Virus record (IMG/VR): IMGVR_UViG_3300034812_000312
Span: 1-25,376 of that record
DNA: 25,376 nucleotides
Strand: one strand, 5' to 3'
From: a virus
Lineage: Duplodnaviria > Caudoviricetes
Part shown: positions 16,601 through 23,800 of the stretch, piece by piece
Numbering within the stretch: position 1 is the stretch's first letter
Layout of the letters: every line of letters begins with the position of its first letter
Program-made: the position numbers and the translations under genes
Notes under the pieces: generated by a model
Databases searched by the model: none
Seen by the model: the letters and a program-made list of their open reading frames with translations, nothing else
Told to the model about the DNA's origin: nothing

Positions 16601-19275
16601 CCCCGGCGCATAATGATGATATTTTATTAATTAGATCTGAAGGTATGTCTCACAGAGACATGACACTTGTTTCTGGAAATACATATAATCAGGTTGTTGC
16701 TGAAACAACTGAAAGAGATAATGTTGTAGTATTTTCCAACAACGAATGGAAATTTGCACAACTTGGAGATTTTACTTGGGCAAATAATACGGATGTTACA
16801 TTAACTAATCCTCATACCACAGGAACTCTATTTGCTATTAAGTTTGACGGAATATTTAATATATTGGATCAGATTGGTAATCCATTCAATGGTTCTAATA
16901 CCAAGTTTAATCTAATGGATGGTCAGAAGTTCTTGACTCCTACTGCTGCAACTTATACCGCTAGTAGTGGTAATTTGGTATTGACCATACCTAATCATGG
17001 ATTGTCTAGTGGAAATGTGGTTAAAATTGCTGCAAATTCATTGAGTTTTACATGTTCAATGGATAACAATTACAGCGTTAAAACTTATCCAAGAACTACT
17101 GATCCTGTTTATGGCAATAACATTACAATTAGTTCTGTAACTACAAATACTATCACTCTTCCAGTTGGGTCTTCTCCTTTGGTTAGATACACACCAGGTT
17201 CTAATACAGAATACAACACCGTTACCGGTGACTTAATATTGGATATTGGAACGTCTGGTGCAGCTGCTAGATATATTGGTGAACAAATTAAGTTAGCGAA
17301 TGGTGCAATTACATTTACGTGTTCATCGGATGGAAACCAAAACCCATTGTCTCACCCAAGAGCTATAATTGATCCTCACACACCAGAAAGTGCAACATAT
17401 AATGCATCTACTGGAATTGTGACAATAACACTTACTGGTCATGGTTTCTCTAATGATGATTGGGTAAAACTAGAAGATGGTGCATTGACATTTACATGCA
17501 CTAAAGATAGTAATGGTAGTAATCACGCATATCCACGTTCTACCGATCCAATTAGTAATACATTTATTCAAATTTCTAATGTAACTACTAATACCTTTGA
17601 TATTAATGTTGGTGTATCACCTGCAGGTGAACAATATCCACATACCTTTGTTAGTGCGGTGACAAATTCCTTGAAGAGAAAGCGTGATAGACATGATACA
17701 CCATTGGTAATTACTGCAATTGATACTACCGCTGGAACGATTACTGTCAATGTAGGACCATCTCCAGAAAAGAATCCACATACATTTGTTAGTGCTTTGT
17801 CAAATTCCGTTATTACTGGTGGTAATTATGTCCATACATTTGTTTCTGCTAAACCAAGATCCTTGATTATTGGTGATACACAAGAGAACTTTGTTCCAGT
17901 TGGAACTACAAGTAATGATAATGTTCCACATGAAACCGGGATAATTGTTGTTAAAAATGGTAGTGTATTAGATCCAGGAGTTGATTACACATTAACTGGT
18001 GATATTAAGAGTCAAATATCACTTACTACTGCTCCAGCATCCTCTGATGTTATTTCTATAAGAGCAGTTGGTATGTTTGATAAACTTGATACAATTACAA
18101 GTGGAAGTGGAACTACATTTAGTATCACTAAGGGATCTACGCCATATTATGCAAACAATGATATTGATCGTCCAGAAAAACTAGAAAATCAAATTATGGT
18201 GATTATGGACGGAAACGTACAAAGTCCCTTGTATGACTATATTATTAGACATGATAAAATTGTATTTGAAAATAGTGTATCATTCACTAAACTTGTGCTA
18301 TTAGATTTCCGTGGCACACCAAGTGATGTTCAAACTACCTCTAGATCATATGAAGTTGCAGTTGGAGATCAAATATATATTGATGGAGAAACATCTCCTA
18401 GAACAATAACAGCAGTTAAATCTCCAGATGTTTTAGTTACCAATGCTTATACTGGTATAACACCAGCTGGTTATGTTGGTTCTTCAACTCCAAGTAATGG
18501 AATACTTTCCACAATTACAACAGCTGCTAATGGGTTGAATTATAAAGAACCAGTTGTCATGAGAACTGTTGGTACTGGAATTGGTGCTAAATTCTTAGGA
18601 ATATCTAATTACAATGAGGGTGGTACTGTTACTCCTGGAGATCTCTTATATCCAGGAAGAAACATCCAAAATCCACATGATGTTTATGCAACTGTATATG
18701 CATCAGTTTATAAAGAACTACCAGTAAGTAAAACGGAAATCAGACGTTCAACTAAACTTGCCGCTGATATAAATGCAACGGTAGAAACGGTTTCACTTAC
18801 TAATGTTTCTGGATTATCTGCAAACACTCCAACCATCACAATAACTGGTGGTGGATCAAGTGCCGTACTAAGACCTTATGTTTCTAATGGAAAGATTAGA
18901 AAGGTTGAAATTCTCAACGGCGGTACTGGTTATAGTGATATGGACTTTAGTCTTACAGTAACTGGAGGTGGTGGTTCTGGATGTGTCTTGCGGGGTACAT
19001 TGAATGGTAGCGGTACAATAACTGCAGTTACTGTTGAAAATGCTGGTACTGGTTATGACACAAACAGAGTGATTTTATATCATACTACTGGTGGTGTTGT
19101 AAAATCAGAAGTTATTGAATATACAGAATTATCTGCTACCTCTGGACCTGCTAATCTTCTTGGTTGTACAAGAGGTGCAGCGGGTACTACTGCAGTTATT
19201 CATAGTGCCCAAATTGAAACACCTACCGACGATGCAAATACGTATACTTCGGTATATTTCGACAATTATCTTTAA
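7597..19275 (+). CDS. gp7: Giant baseplate wedge initiator gp7 (about 3892 aa)
   Basis: N-terminal IENQFP...FL..YY..QE, FYSAKGS...FRILFN (about 8180-8238) and DSDYYQDWSYS...W...THPAGFKQFG (13885-13998) gp7 motifs; lies between gp6 and gp8. ATG 7597 preferred to GTG 7591 because of the ATGA overlap with the gp6 stop. Confidence 0.88.
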   Translation: MRYLEEKTSIISTIIENQFPQHVQENNPLFLNFLSEYYKSQEGKYGPLDIAANLTDYYNITYFRPNRLVESVELTSDINDSVTTIPVFSTKGYPEKGYIKIDNEIIYYEDKTEKSFNNCIRGTKALVLSNIPKSLVTLETSVKSNHLKKVEVYNIAYNYSKEFFNRIKSEIGVQIPEVLDESLDVGEFLKKIKSFYSAKGSLNSHRIVFRILFNDRRFDLKLKPRGSGAVLEIPNLDGSIPNPTTFNIPDSVFIKNGGSGYDNRKVTTQGALVSSPVVDIFGTGTGIVNPTTKIRDNTTAVIRVTDVDDTGAITNISVDDIGENYFGPIRAKVRPRKFEEDQIVTNLDGTGVARVEYYEAKSDNLILYDVIGNFRQGQEIFSTSGEQPRAFISNLPDVNFKTRKGVEILSEEQQIEFPREYTFRTSNTQASTRQIIRCKLIEGNNLPNDTLPNVFSLKQKSDKLFGVKGVNIEVDNRIFLTDDIFEFEIGSNTDIDDIYLQPDTVITKGLTINSSTDIITVDDASSFPISNGILNIKGNEVIYRSRTSQQFFGCSYTGTPFTVDVKDVVISFGRYKLVEKQEEDPENSGNVVEKNKWTTNVRVATGDYRFYDDNLYIAENSGITGTIAPSHTTGIVSDGKIEWRYYDTNRYDHSFYIDQDSKPRFRVFGLPGEVVIDQSGSLNSLTKYEFANFDSPNIDVYNFKLDNELAADRSDRLALLLSSNYNRSRDTVTDSRLPSFGSLTGFNTHYDYADHVYIATSCVPPWWSDIISYPAPGQDIPANDLKKVSFKNQKAVTRWAKSAILYSTQGVSQFRKNKKLVGLQVDAIQVNSYKGNTVQYGYLDKFSLALGGNYGVSYTESGGIATAFDTTKNPKLAVTEGSTTLNINNSNNLTKISASISKINFAELFAQYSSELSGFTSEPSITVINQNPQNVVKFENVSASGNTYPGINVTDDIVTGSSHGFKTGDKVTYISDDNYFQSLIPNTEYFVRVLSSNTFTLHKTKSNALLNNAKVVLAPNYISVATANNPGVPVVQSNVSFRFEGDFKNPYTGAEDALLEVSYKNGNIDNIVIRDSGKGYINLPKIVISNGGKSDFEIPFSKNGVKFVEMSGPLVSYYNFDNKDYNTILVNDSAGVYASITNTWEKTPTVEIVSGRNAAATAFLANGKLNSVVLSNAGEFYEIAPIVEVLGDGKDAVVTASITASGEIEQFTIVNPGSGYTTAPTIKITPVGGGGAISASLKEWTFNLVRQLGELGRIDNHGGYVYDSADSKPTSNNPKSFKLIDYKNDFPSDIDQSQYYLLKSSRKLAARQIRNSAPDVLLGAIAAAAGKTVANLTDDEILGTSGNATVDAVTASAHSLPYLVSYDGIPTYDGGKLLTKRNVAFDATNNPLTEAESRYKLKYTTSPTNDVTETSKTIGGTLYYFSRVGGPSTADYPIGSFIEDYEFVEGDDNALDIHNGKFSVTPEFPNGRYIYAATQKSYDSATNAIVADQSIDFGGFPYFVGDTFASEYDDYMNNRCRTNDKIPKAFNRAFEKNVLRVVSNGDPTYFGTIPSGFNWFNGLDHNDEYPKEDTDKIRSVAGTSAVSGGAVDAIILENKGSGYNVGDRLKVDNSKTFGSGFSGFVSKIGGKELINSFIKTPDFKTVTFQTKVANELAIGDLIEFKYTTTGVDFADSPIYLLENNTAQPVSPNVVKLDNIEVSIRDGQSIDTLKDKLIYSVSLNSEFKYELQLPGNSEIKITYDIESINEFFTLVPSPTDTVRLDMTALPNRVYLHVTTSGSTDEWIYQIDKVRDYKGSHTVIDVNSGLNQFTVQFPESTYSFEQRFLSYDAQSYGANGPIEEVTITGTGNNYRKLPQIVGLIKKGTLDDPAGDGTAILQTNSDTIGKIKRIYYDSIGTSFTSNNNVNYYLNLPATAKIINNFEIYDVEIVTAGQNYDNVITILVDGDANKATLEATVRSGTITNVKVVDGGMNFSKEPVLTIKSNNGTGGSLKAKIRRKAIPVGLELTGKINSILFPIEVKVKTVSFDEFISVLEFDEVAGQYKENDIIYMGGKPYGKIVSIRRTKAYAKVKPYATLNVQRSDVQGNTSEFLQKITDSDYYQDWSYSLTSSRDTKEWRKDQDALTHPAGFKQFGKKRIERRKSVFKDQQEIFKSNVAFATKFFNTIDLKTKLGKCETQRLFFSDTSSFTVGEYYFGITSTAIGEIIQVTEFFIRVRIRNSTKFIPDESIVRISLNYAVGLNPGTYKSIITANGILQEPVESYDVSTDFLSIQSFIPRFDLNTNDEILWHKLQTPFTDLDDQVLPAAATTFSLTEKSNAVSIDTSNKEKFIISIAGSVQNPSNFTVSNNIVNITNSPNYDSKVFAIKHDKLRQLTFTGSGTTYTLNYTPTGHCNLLIFVEGASQSQLLTDFTLSGNTVTFSETVDATKLFGWEINETVTCEKINVNDLLGLRTTMILDCVTKRFRQNIHASAVKHPDQIFEIQKKQITGTVIPESSTSVTGFDTKFTYTTPRYSKSYVEVLDPLTFNGSTTSFTLQKNGENYTPQNGEESLIIQTNIGGTKHVLDHTEYVVSGSTITFNTAYAASVKATILDYESTYLSNVSNESGSVLDRLFTKLDGSRRTFSVSADGVPIYSKNVGDIFTIKNGKLLPPDSSQHSITDNKITFVDAPTSSDSIVLAHFNRQLLPEYTNNIVIDKFVCADGVTTDFPLSFNGQTGSIPWNNINHIFIVRNGVYQEPGVDFTIVNQNILRFATAPTKEESGLIFGYVSQAGATQNLKLDALTGFNGSTVQFQLKHSGTNFVPPDQDDIFLVRNGVIQRPVADYQVNGTGLITFNSAPAASENMWILYTHNSTIQNLYNITSQSSSVSRLQWAIGDPAADPADINDYVVYADGVPRFAQRGDWVFDTSTAGGNTPYRAIFLTHTDGIPPQNVMVIKHANTTLLDDLEECPNGTRQSFRVLKDGKMVVDAQTQSTDIMAIVNGVVLKKYNQYTVSGSSIITFATAPAHNDDILLIRSEGMSHRDMTLVSGNTYNQVVAETTERDNVVVFSNNEWKFAQLGDFTWANNTDVTLTNPHTTGTLFAIKFDGIFNILDQIGNPFNGSNTKFNLMDGQKFLTPTAATYTASSGNLVLTIPNHGLSSGNVVKIAANSLSFTCSMDNNYSVKTYPRTTDPVYGNNITISSVTTNTITLPVGSSPLVRYTPGSNTEYNTVTGDLILDIGTSGAAARYIGEQIKLANGAITFTCSSDGNQNPLSHPRAIIDPHTPESATYNASTGIVTITLTGHGFSNDDWVKLEDGALTFTCTKDSNGSNHAYPRSTDPISNTFIQISNVTTNTFDINVGVSPAGEQYPHTFVSAVTNSLKRKRDRHDTPLVITAIDTTAGTITVNVGPSPEKNPHTFVSALSNSVITGGNYVHTFVSAKPRSLIIGDTQENFVPVGTTSNDNVPHETGIIVVKNGSVLDPGVDYTLTGDIKSQISLTTAPASSDVISIRAVGMFDKLDTITSGSGTTFSITKGSTPYYANNDIDRPEKLENQIMVIMDGNVQSPLYDYIIRHDKIVFENSVSFTKLVLLDFRGTPSDVQTTSRSYEVAVGDQIYIDGETSPRTITAVKSPDVLVTNAYTGITPAGYVGSSTPSNGILSTITTAANGLNYKEPVVMRTVGTGIGAKFLGISNYNEGGTVTPGDLLYPGRNIQNPHDVYATVYASVYKELPVSKTEIRRSTKLAADINATVETVSLTNVSGLSANTPTITITGGGSSAVLRPYVSNGKIRKVEILNGGTGYSDMDFSLTVTGGGGSGCVLRGTLNGSGTITAVTVENAGTGYDTNRVILYHTTGGVVKSEVIEYTELSATSGPANLLGCTRGAAGTTAVIHSAQIETPTDDANTYTSVYFDNYL
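14330..18280 (+). repeat. About 10-12 degenerate protein-level beta-sandwich-like repeats in gp7 (LD...NG..T.F.L ... V..NG..Q.P..DY ... ITF..AP)
   Basis: Visible in translation, e.g. LDALTGFNGSTVQFQL...LVRNGVIQRPVADYQV...ITFNSAP. Identical 16-mer TTGTTAGAAACGGTGT at 15776 and 16022. The fold is inferred. Confidence 0.75.
16924..17874 (+). repeat. Three nested copies of a TP..A.Y...G ... FTC..D...YPR ... VG.SP ... HTFVSA domain
   Basis: Three FTCxxD...(Y/H)PR motifs followed by three HTFVSA motifs (codons starting 17641, 17779, 17833; DNA CATAC(C/A)TTTGTT). Confidence 0.8.
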
Positions 19276-19281
19276 TAAATA
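19274..19281 (+). promoter_or_regulatory. T4-type (gp55) late promoter upstream of gp8
   Basis: AATAAATA overlapping the gp7 stop, 28 nt before ATG 19310; matches the NATAAATA late consensus. Confidence 0.75.
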
Positions 19282-19309
19282 AAAGTACAAAAACAAAAGC
19301 GGAAGAATA

Positions 19310-20857
19310 ATGCCTTCACTAGTCACTGACAATTTCAGGGTTTTTGCTGCAGAGCAGTTTATTGAATCTCTTGAAGAACCTTTTGATAGTAGTAATAACC
19401 CAGAAGCGGACTCTTCTGCGGCTGCTCAATCATATAGAAGTAAAATCTATTTGTTTATTGGTAGGTCACAGAACTGGACCCTAGAAAGATATTCTGGTCA
19501 GTCTGCAGTGACTGAGTTTGCTCCTCCAGATGTACAAGACTCATTTAATGATTCTAATGAAATCTATGACGATATGATTGCTGTTAAAAGGATTAACAGC
19601 ACTGATGTTTCTAAAGTCATCAAAAGACTTACCTGGAAAACGGGAGTTAAGTATGATATGTATGAAAATGACTATACATCGACAAATCTGTCTTTGAATG
19701 GTCATGCAAATCTTTATGACTCACAATCATATGTTGTAAACAGCAATTTTCAGGTTTATAAGTGCATTTATAATGGAATTAGTCCTACTCATCCACAGGG
19801 TAGAGCATCTACTGTAGAACCATCTGGTACTGCAACTTCTATTATTGAAAGTGCCGCTGATGGTTATAGATGGAAATATATGTACACTATTAATATTTCT
19901 GATTACATCAGATTTGTTTCTAGTGATTTTATGCCGGTTAGGGTTGATTCTACAGTTGCGGCCGCTGCTGTTGATGGTGCTGTAGAACAGTTAATTATTG
20001 ACAACAGAGGAACTGGTAATACAGCAAATGCCACATACTATTGTCCTATTGTTGGTGATGGATCAACCGATGCAATCGCAAAAATTGTAATCAATGCTGG
20101 TGGTGGTATTGACACAGTTGAATCGGAAAGAGTTGGTGCTGGATATACCAGAGCAAAAGTCATGTTGACTGAAGCATATACTACACTCTCTAATGCATTG
20201 TCTAGATCAGGAACAACTGTATCTTTATCAGGAACTATCAGTACTGTTATTTCACCTCCAGGTGGTCATGGTTCAAATCCACCTTTGGAATTAGGTGGAT
20301 ATAGAGTTATGATTAATAAGAGTTTGGAGTTCCTAGACGGAGACGGTGATATTCCAGTAAATTCGCAGTTTAGAAGGTTTGGACTGATATCAGATCCAAA
20401 AAATGTCAGTAATACTGATCTCACTACTGATACAGCAACTGCTTGTTTTGCTATGAAGTTCCCTTCCGCAACTAATGTCAATTTTGATATTGGTGAAATT
20501 ATTACTCAAGCAACAACCGGTGCAAAGGGAAGAGTTATTCACTGGGACTCAATTACCAAAGTATTGAGATATTATCAGAATGAACATATTGACGAAACAC
20601 AAAGTGGTCAAAACCAGTACAAGTTGGTTCCTTTTAGTGGATCAAACGCTGTAACTGGCGGTACTAGTGGTGTTACTGCTACACCAGATACTGCTGCAAC
20701 TGGTACTGGATCATTCTTTGGTGTTGCATTTACAACTGGATATGCCTCACCTGAGATTAAGAAAAATAGTGGAAACATTATTTACGTTGAAAATAGAAAA
20801 GCAGTAAACAGATCTACTGACCAAACTGAAGACATTAAATTAGTCGTAGAATTCTAA
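19310..20857 (+). CDS. gp8: Baseplate wedge subunit gp8
   Basis: YLFIGRSQNW, W..G..YDMY, VYKCIYNG...STVEP, DGYRWKYMYTI, PPGGHG, FRRFGLISDP and terminal YVENR...RSTDQTEDIKLVVEF are characteristic of cyanophage gp8. Confidence 0.95.
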   Translation: MPSLVTDNFRVFAAEQFIESLEEPFDSSNNPEADSSAAAQSYRSKIYLFIGRSQNWTLERYSGQSAVTEFAPPDVQDSFNDSNEIYDDMIAVKRINSTDVSKVIKRLTWKTGVKYDMYENDYTSTNLSLNGHANLYDSQSYVVNSNFQVYKCIYNGISPTHPQGRASTVEPSGTATSIIESAADGYRWKYMYTINISDYIRFVSSDFMPVRVDSTVAAAAVDGAVEQLIIDNRGTGNTANATYYCPIVGDGSTDAIAKIVINAGGGIDTVESERVGAGYTRAKVMLTEAYTTLSNALSRSGTTVSLSGTISTVISPPGGHGSNPPLELGGYRVMINKSLEFLDGDGDIPVNSQFRRFGLISDPKNVSNTDLTTDTATACFAMKFPSATNVNFDIGEIITQATTGAKGRVIHWDSITKVLRYYQNEHIDETQSGQNQYKLVPFSGSNAVTGGTSGVTATPDTAATGTGSFFGVAFTTGYASPEIKKNSGNIIYVENRKAVNRSTDQTEDIKLVVEF

Positions 20858-20865
20858 AATAAATA
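20858..20865 (+). promoter_or_regulatory. T4-type late promoter upstream of the VrlC-like gene
   Basis: AATAAATA immediately after the gp8 stop, 29 nt before ATG 20895; same geometry as the gp8 promoter. Confidence 0.75.
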
Positions 20866-20894
20866 GCAAAAAGAAATCCCTGAAGGTCTTATAA

Positions 20895-23800
20895 ATGCAA
20901 GATACAAATCTCAAAATATCACCATACTTTGATGATTTTGATCGTTCAAAAAACTATCAAAAAATTCTATTTAAACCAGGATACTCTGTACAAACCCGAG
21001 AACTAAACTCGGTGCAGAGTACTCTGCAGAATCAGATAGAAAGGTTTGGTCAACATGTGTTCAAAGAGGGATCTGTTGTAATCCCTGGTAATGTTCACTA
21101 TGATATAAGTTTTAAAGCCGTTCTTGTGCAGGGACTTATTAACGGCATTTCTGTAGAAACATACAGAAATAATATGAAGGGTAAGATTATAACTGGTTCA
21201 TCTTCAGGGGTTAAGGCAGAAATTGTAGACACAATAAGTGCAGCAGAATCAGAAAAAGAAACTATTACATTATATGTAAAATATCTTGCATCGGGTAATA
21301 TTGAAAATGACGCTCAATTGAGCACATTTAAAAATAATGAAATTCTTGTTGATGCAGATGGAACTCCATTAGCGGTAACATCTGTACAAAATGCAACTAC
21401 TTATACAGGATCATCTGCAACAATTACAGCTGGTGTTTATTTTATTCGTGGATTTTTCGTAGAAGTAGCAACCCAAAAAATTATTTTAGACCAATATTCA
21501 AATAAACCTTCATATAAAATTGGTCTTCAGATAAATGAAAGTCTGATAACTTCTGATGATGACCCTAGCATATTTGATAACGCTTTAGGTTCAACTAACT
21601 TCGCTTCACCTGGCGCTGATCGTTTAAAGATTGAACCAAAATTAGTAAAACAAAATTTAACTTTTTCAAGTAATGCTAATTTTATAGAGTTACTTCGTTT
21701 AGAAAATGGAAAAGCATCTCTAACTGCACTATCCGAAGACTCCATTTATAATGAATTAGAGAAAAATTTAGCAAGAAGAACTTTTGATGAGTCTGGAGAT
21801 TATACAGTAAAACCATATACATTTACGGTTAGAGAAGCGTTAGATGATGGAACTAACAATGGTGTTTATAAGTCCGGTGAAAGAATAAAAGATGGTAGAA
21901 CTATTGTAAGAGTTGCTTCTGCAAGTGATCCAGCAGATTCAATCATTGGTGATGATTACTATGCTCTAGAACTTTCTCCCGGAAAAGCATATGTTAAGGG
22001 TTTTGAAGTAAATACCGATAGAAAACAATATGCAATCGTAGCAAAACCAAGAGAAACAAATACTGTTAATAATGGTGGTACGCCTTTAAATATTGGATCT
22101 TATTTCAAAACTCAACATTCCACTGTGAAAGGAGCAATTACATTCCCCAATGCTATTTCCCTTAAAGATGTTGATGGTAATGAAATTGGTAGAGGTATTG
22201 CAGTTGGTTTAACTGAAGGTAAATTGTATGTTACCGAAATTAGTACATATCAAACAATTACTATAACTACCGGTCAAGCTCATAATTTTAGTTCAAATGA
22301 TTTAATGACCGGAGTTACTTCTGGTGCTACTGGTTTTGTAAAATCTGTTTCTGGTCAATCACTAACACTACAGCAAGTTTCTGGTACTTTTGTAACTGGA
22401 GAAGTTGTATCTAATAGTAGATTTACTACAGGACAACCAACAATATCAACAATTTCTATAGAGAAATTGGAAAATGTAAGAGAAATTGAAAAAACTTCTG
22501 GTGGATTTGAAGTTCAACTACAACTAGAACCAGTCAAGATTAGTGGTTCATCATTTAGTGTGTCCTCTAATAGTTTGAGTGGCATTGGAACTTCATTTGT
22601 AGAAGAAATTTCTGCAAAATCAAAAGTTAGAGTTGGAACTAATGATGTAGAAGTTACTAGTGTTACTTCGAGTGCTGTTGCAATGGGATCTGGTATTGCA
22701 AATGGAACTTATTATGATGTTAAAAAATTAATTGCTAAATTTTACACATCTAATAATGGGTATACATCTAGAGTTTCTACTAGACCAGTAAAAAATACAA
22801 CTGATAATGTTGTAAATAAACTAGTTTATACAGGTGAATATGTAACTAGTTCTAATGGTGATTTTATAATTCAAGCGTCTCCATCAGAGACTATTGATAA
22901 AAGTTCAGTTATAATTACCACCGCTACAGGACTTGCTTCTGCTGTTAATCTAGTACAACCAGCTGGTTCTAATAATGTTATTAATGTAGATACTGGTGAA
23001 TCTGCTGGTGTTCCTGTCAGTGTATACTACAACAGTAGAGTTAGTAATCCAAAAGTAAGGAAGAAAGAACTGGAAAAGTATACTTTCTTGATTGTTGATA
23101 AGTTGAAGGATGGTACTAGTAATGATAGTAATGTTTATGGAACTAGAGTCCAGGATAAAGAAATTTCACTTAAATTTGCTGACGTAGCTAGAATTCATAG
23201 AGTTCACGAAGCTGTAAGAGCATCAGATACTACAAGTGTACTGTTAGATTCTCTTATTCTTAATACTGTATCTGGATTAAATGTTGGTGACATTATTGAA
23301 ACCAGTAATATTAGGGCACATATTGTTTCGATTGATGCAGCAAATACTAAAGTTTATGTTACATACGAATCTTTAAAATTCCAAATTGGAGATAATTTAG
23401 CAATTCCTGTATCAATTCCAACTAATAGTGATGTTGGTGATATATTTGTCAGACAGTCTTTACATGGTAGATATATTGATATTACGGATGATTTTGTTTT
23501 CTCTAGGAATGATACACCCGATATATACAAACCATCAAAATTAATCAGAAAAGAAACTTCCGCTGTTCCATCTAAACAATTTATTGTTATTTTTGATTAT
23601 TTTAAACATACTAATTTAACTAATGATTTTTATTCAATAGAATCATATGGAGATTTAAAATATAATGATATTCCAAGATCTTCTTTATCTACCTCAATGG
23701 CTGATATTATTGATTTTAGATTCTATACACCCCACTCTGTAATCTCAAGTGCTACAGAAAATGGAACTTTCTCAAAACCTCATAGAGAAGTTAGTAATGT

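Noticed and set aside
17641-17850. Three CATAC(C/A)TTTGTT repeats considered as CRISPR-like or DGR template/variable repeats
   Set aside because: Short, irregularly spaced, in-frame and differing mainly synonymously; they encode HTFVSA. No cas or reverse transcriptase gene and no adenine-specific variation.
7597-19275. Intein, intron or stop-codon recoding as explanation for the giant gp7
   Set aside because: The ORF is continuous in the standard code, I saw no intein splice-junction or homing-endonuclease motifs, and TAA, TAG and TGA all end genes in this window.
20866-20894. Rho-independent terminators in the intergenic gaps (also 4006-4051, 5023-5055, 19276-19309)
   Set aside because: No GC-rich stem-loop followed by a T-run was found.
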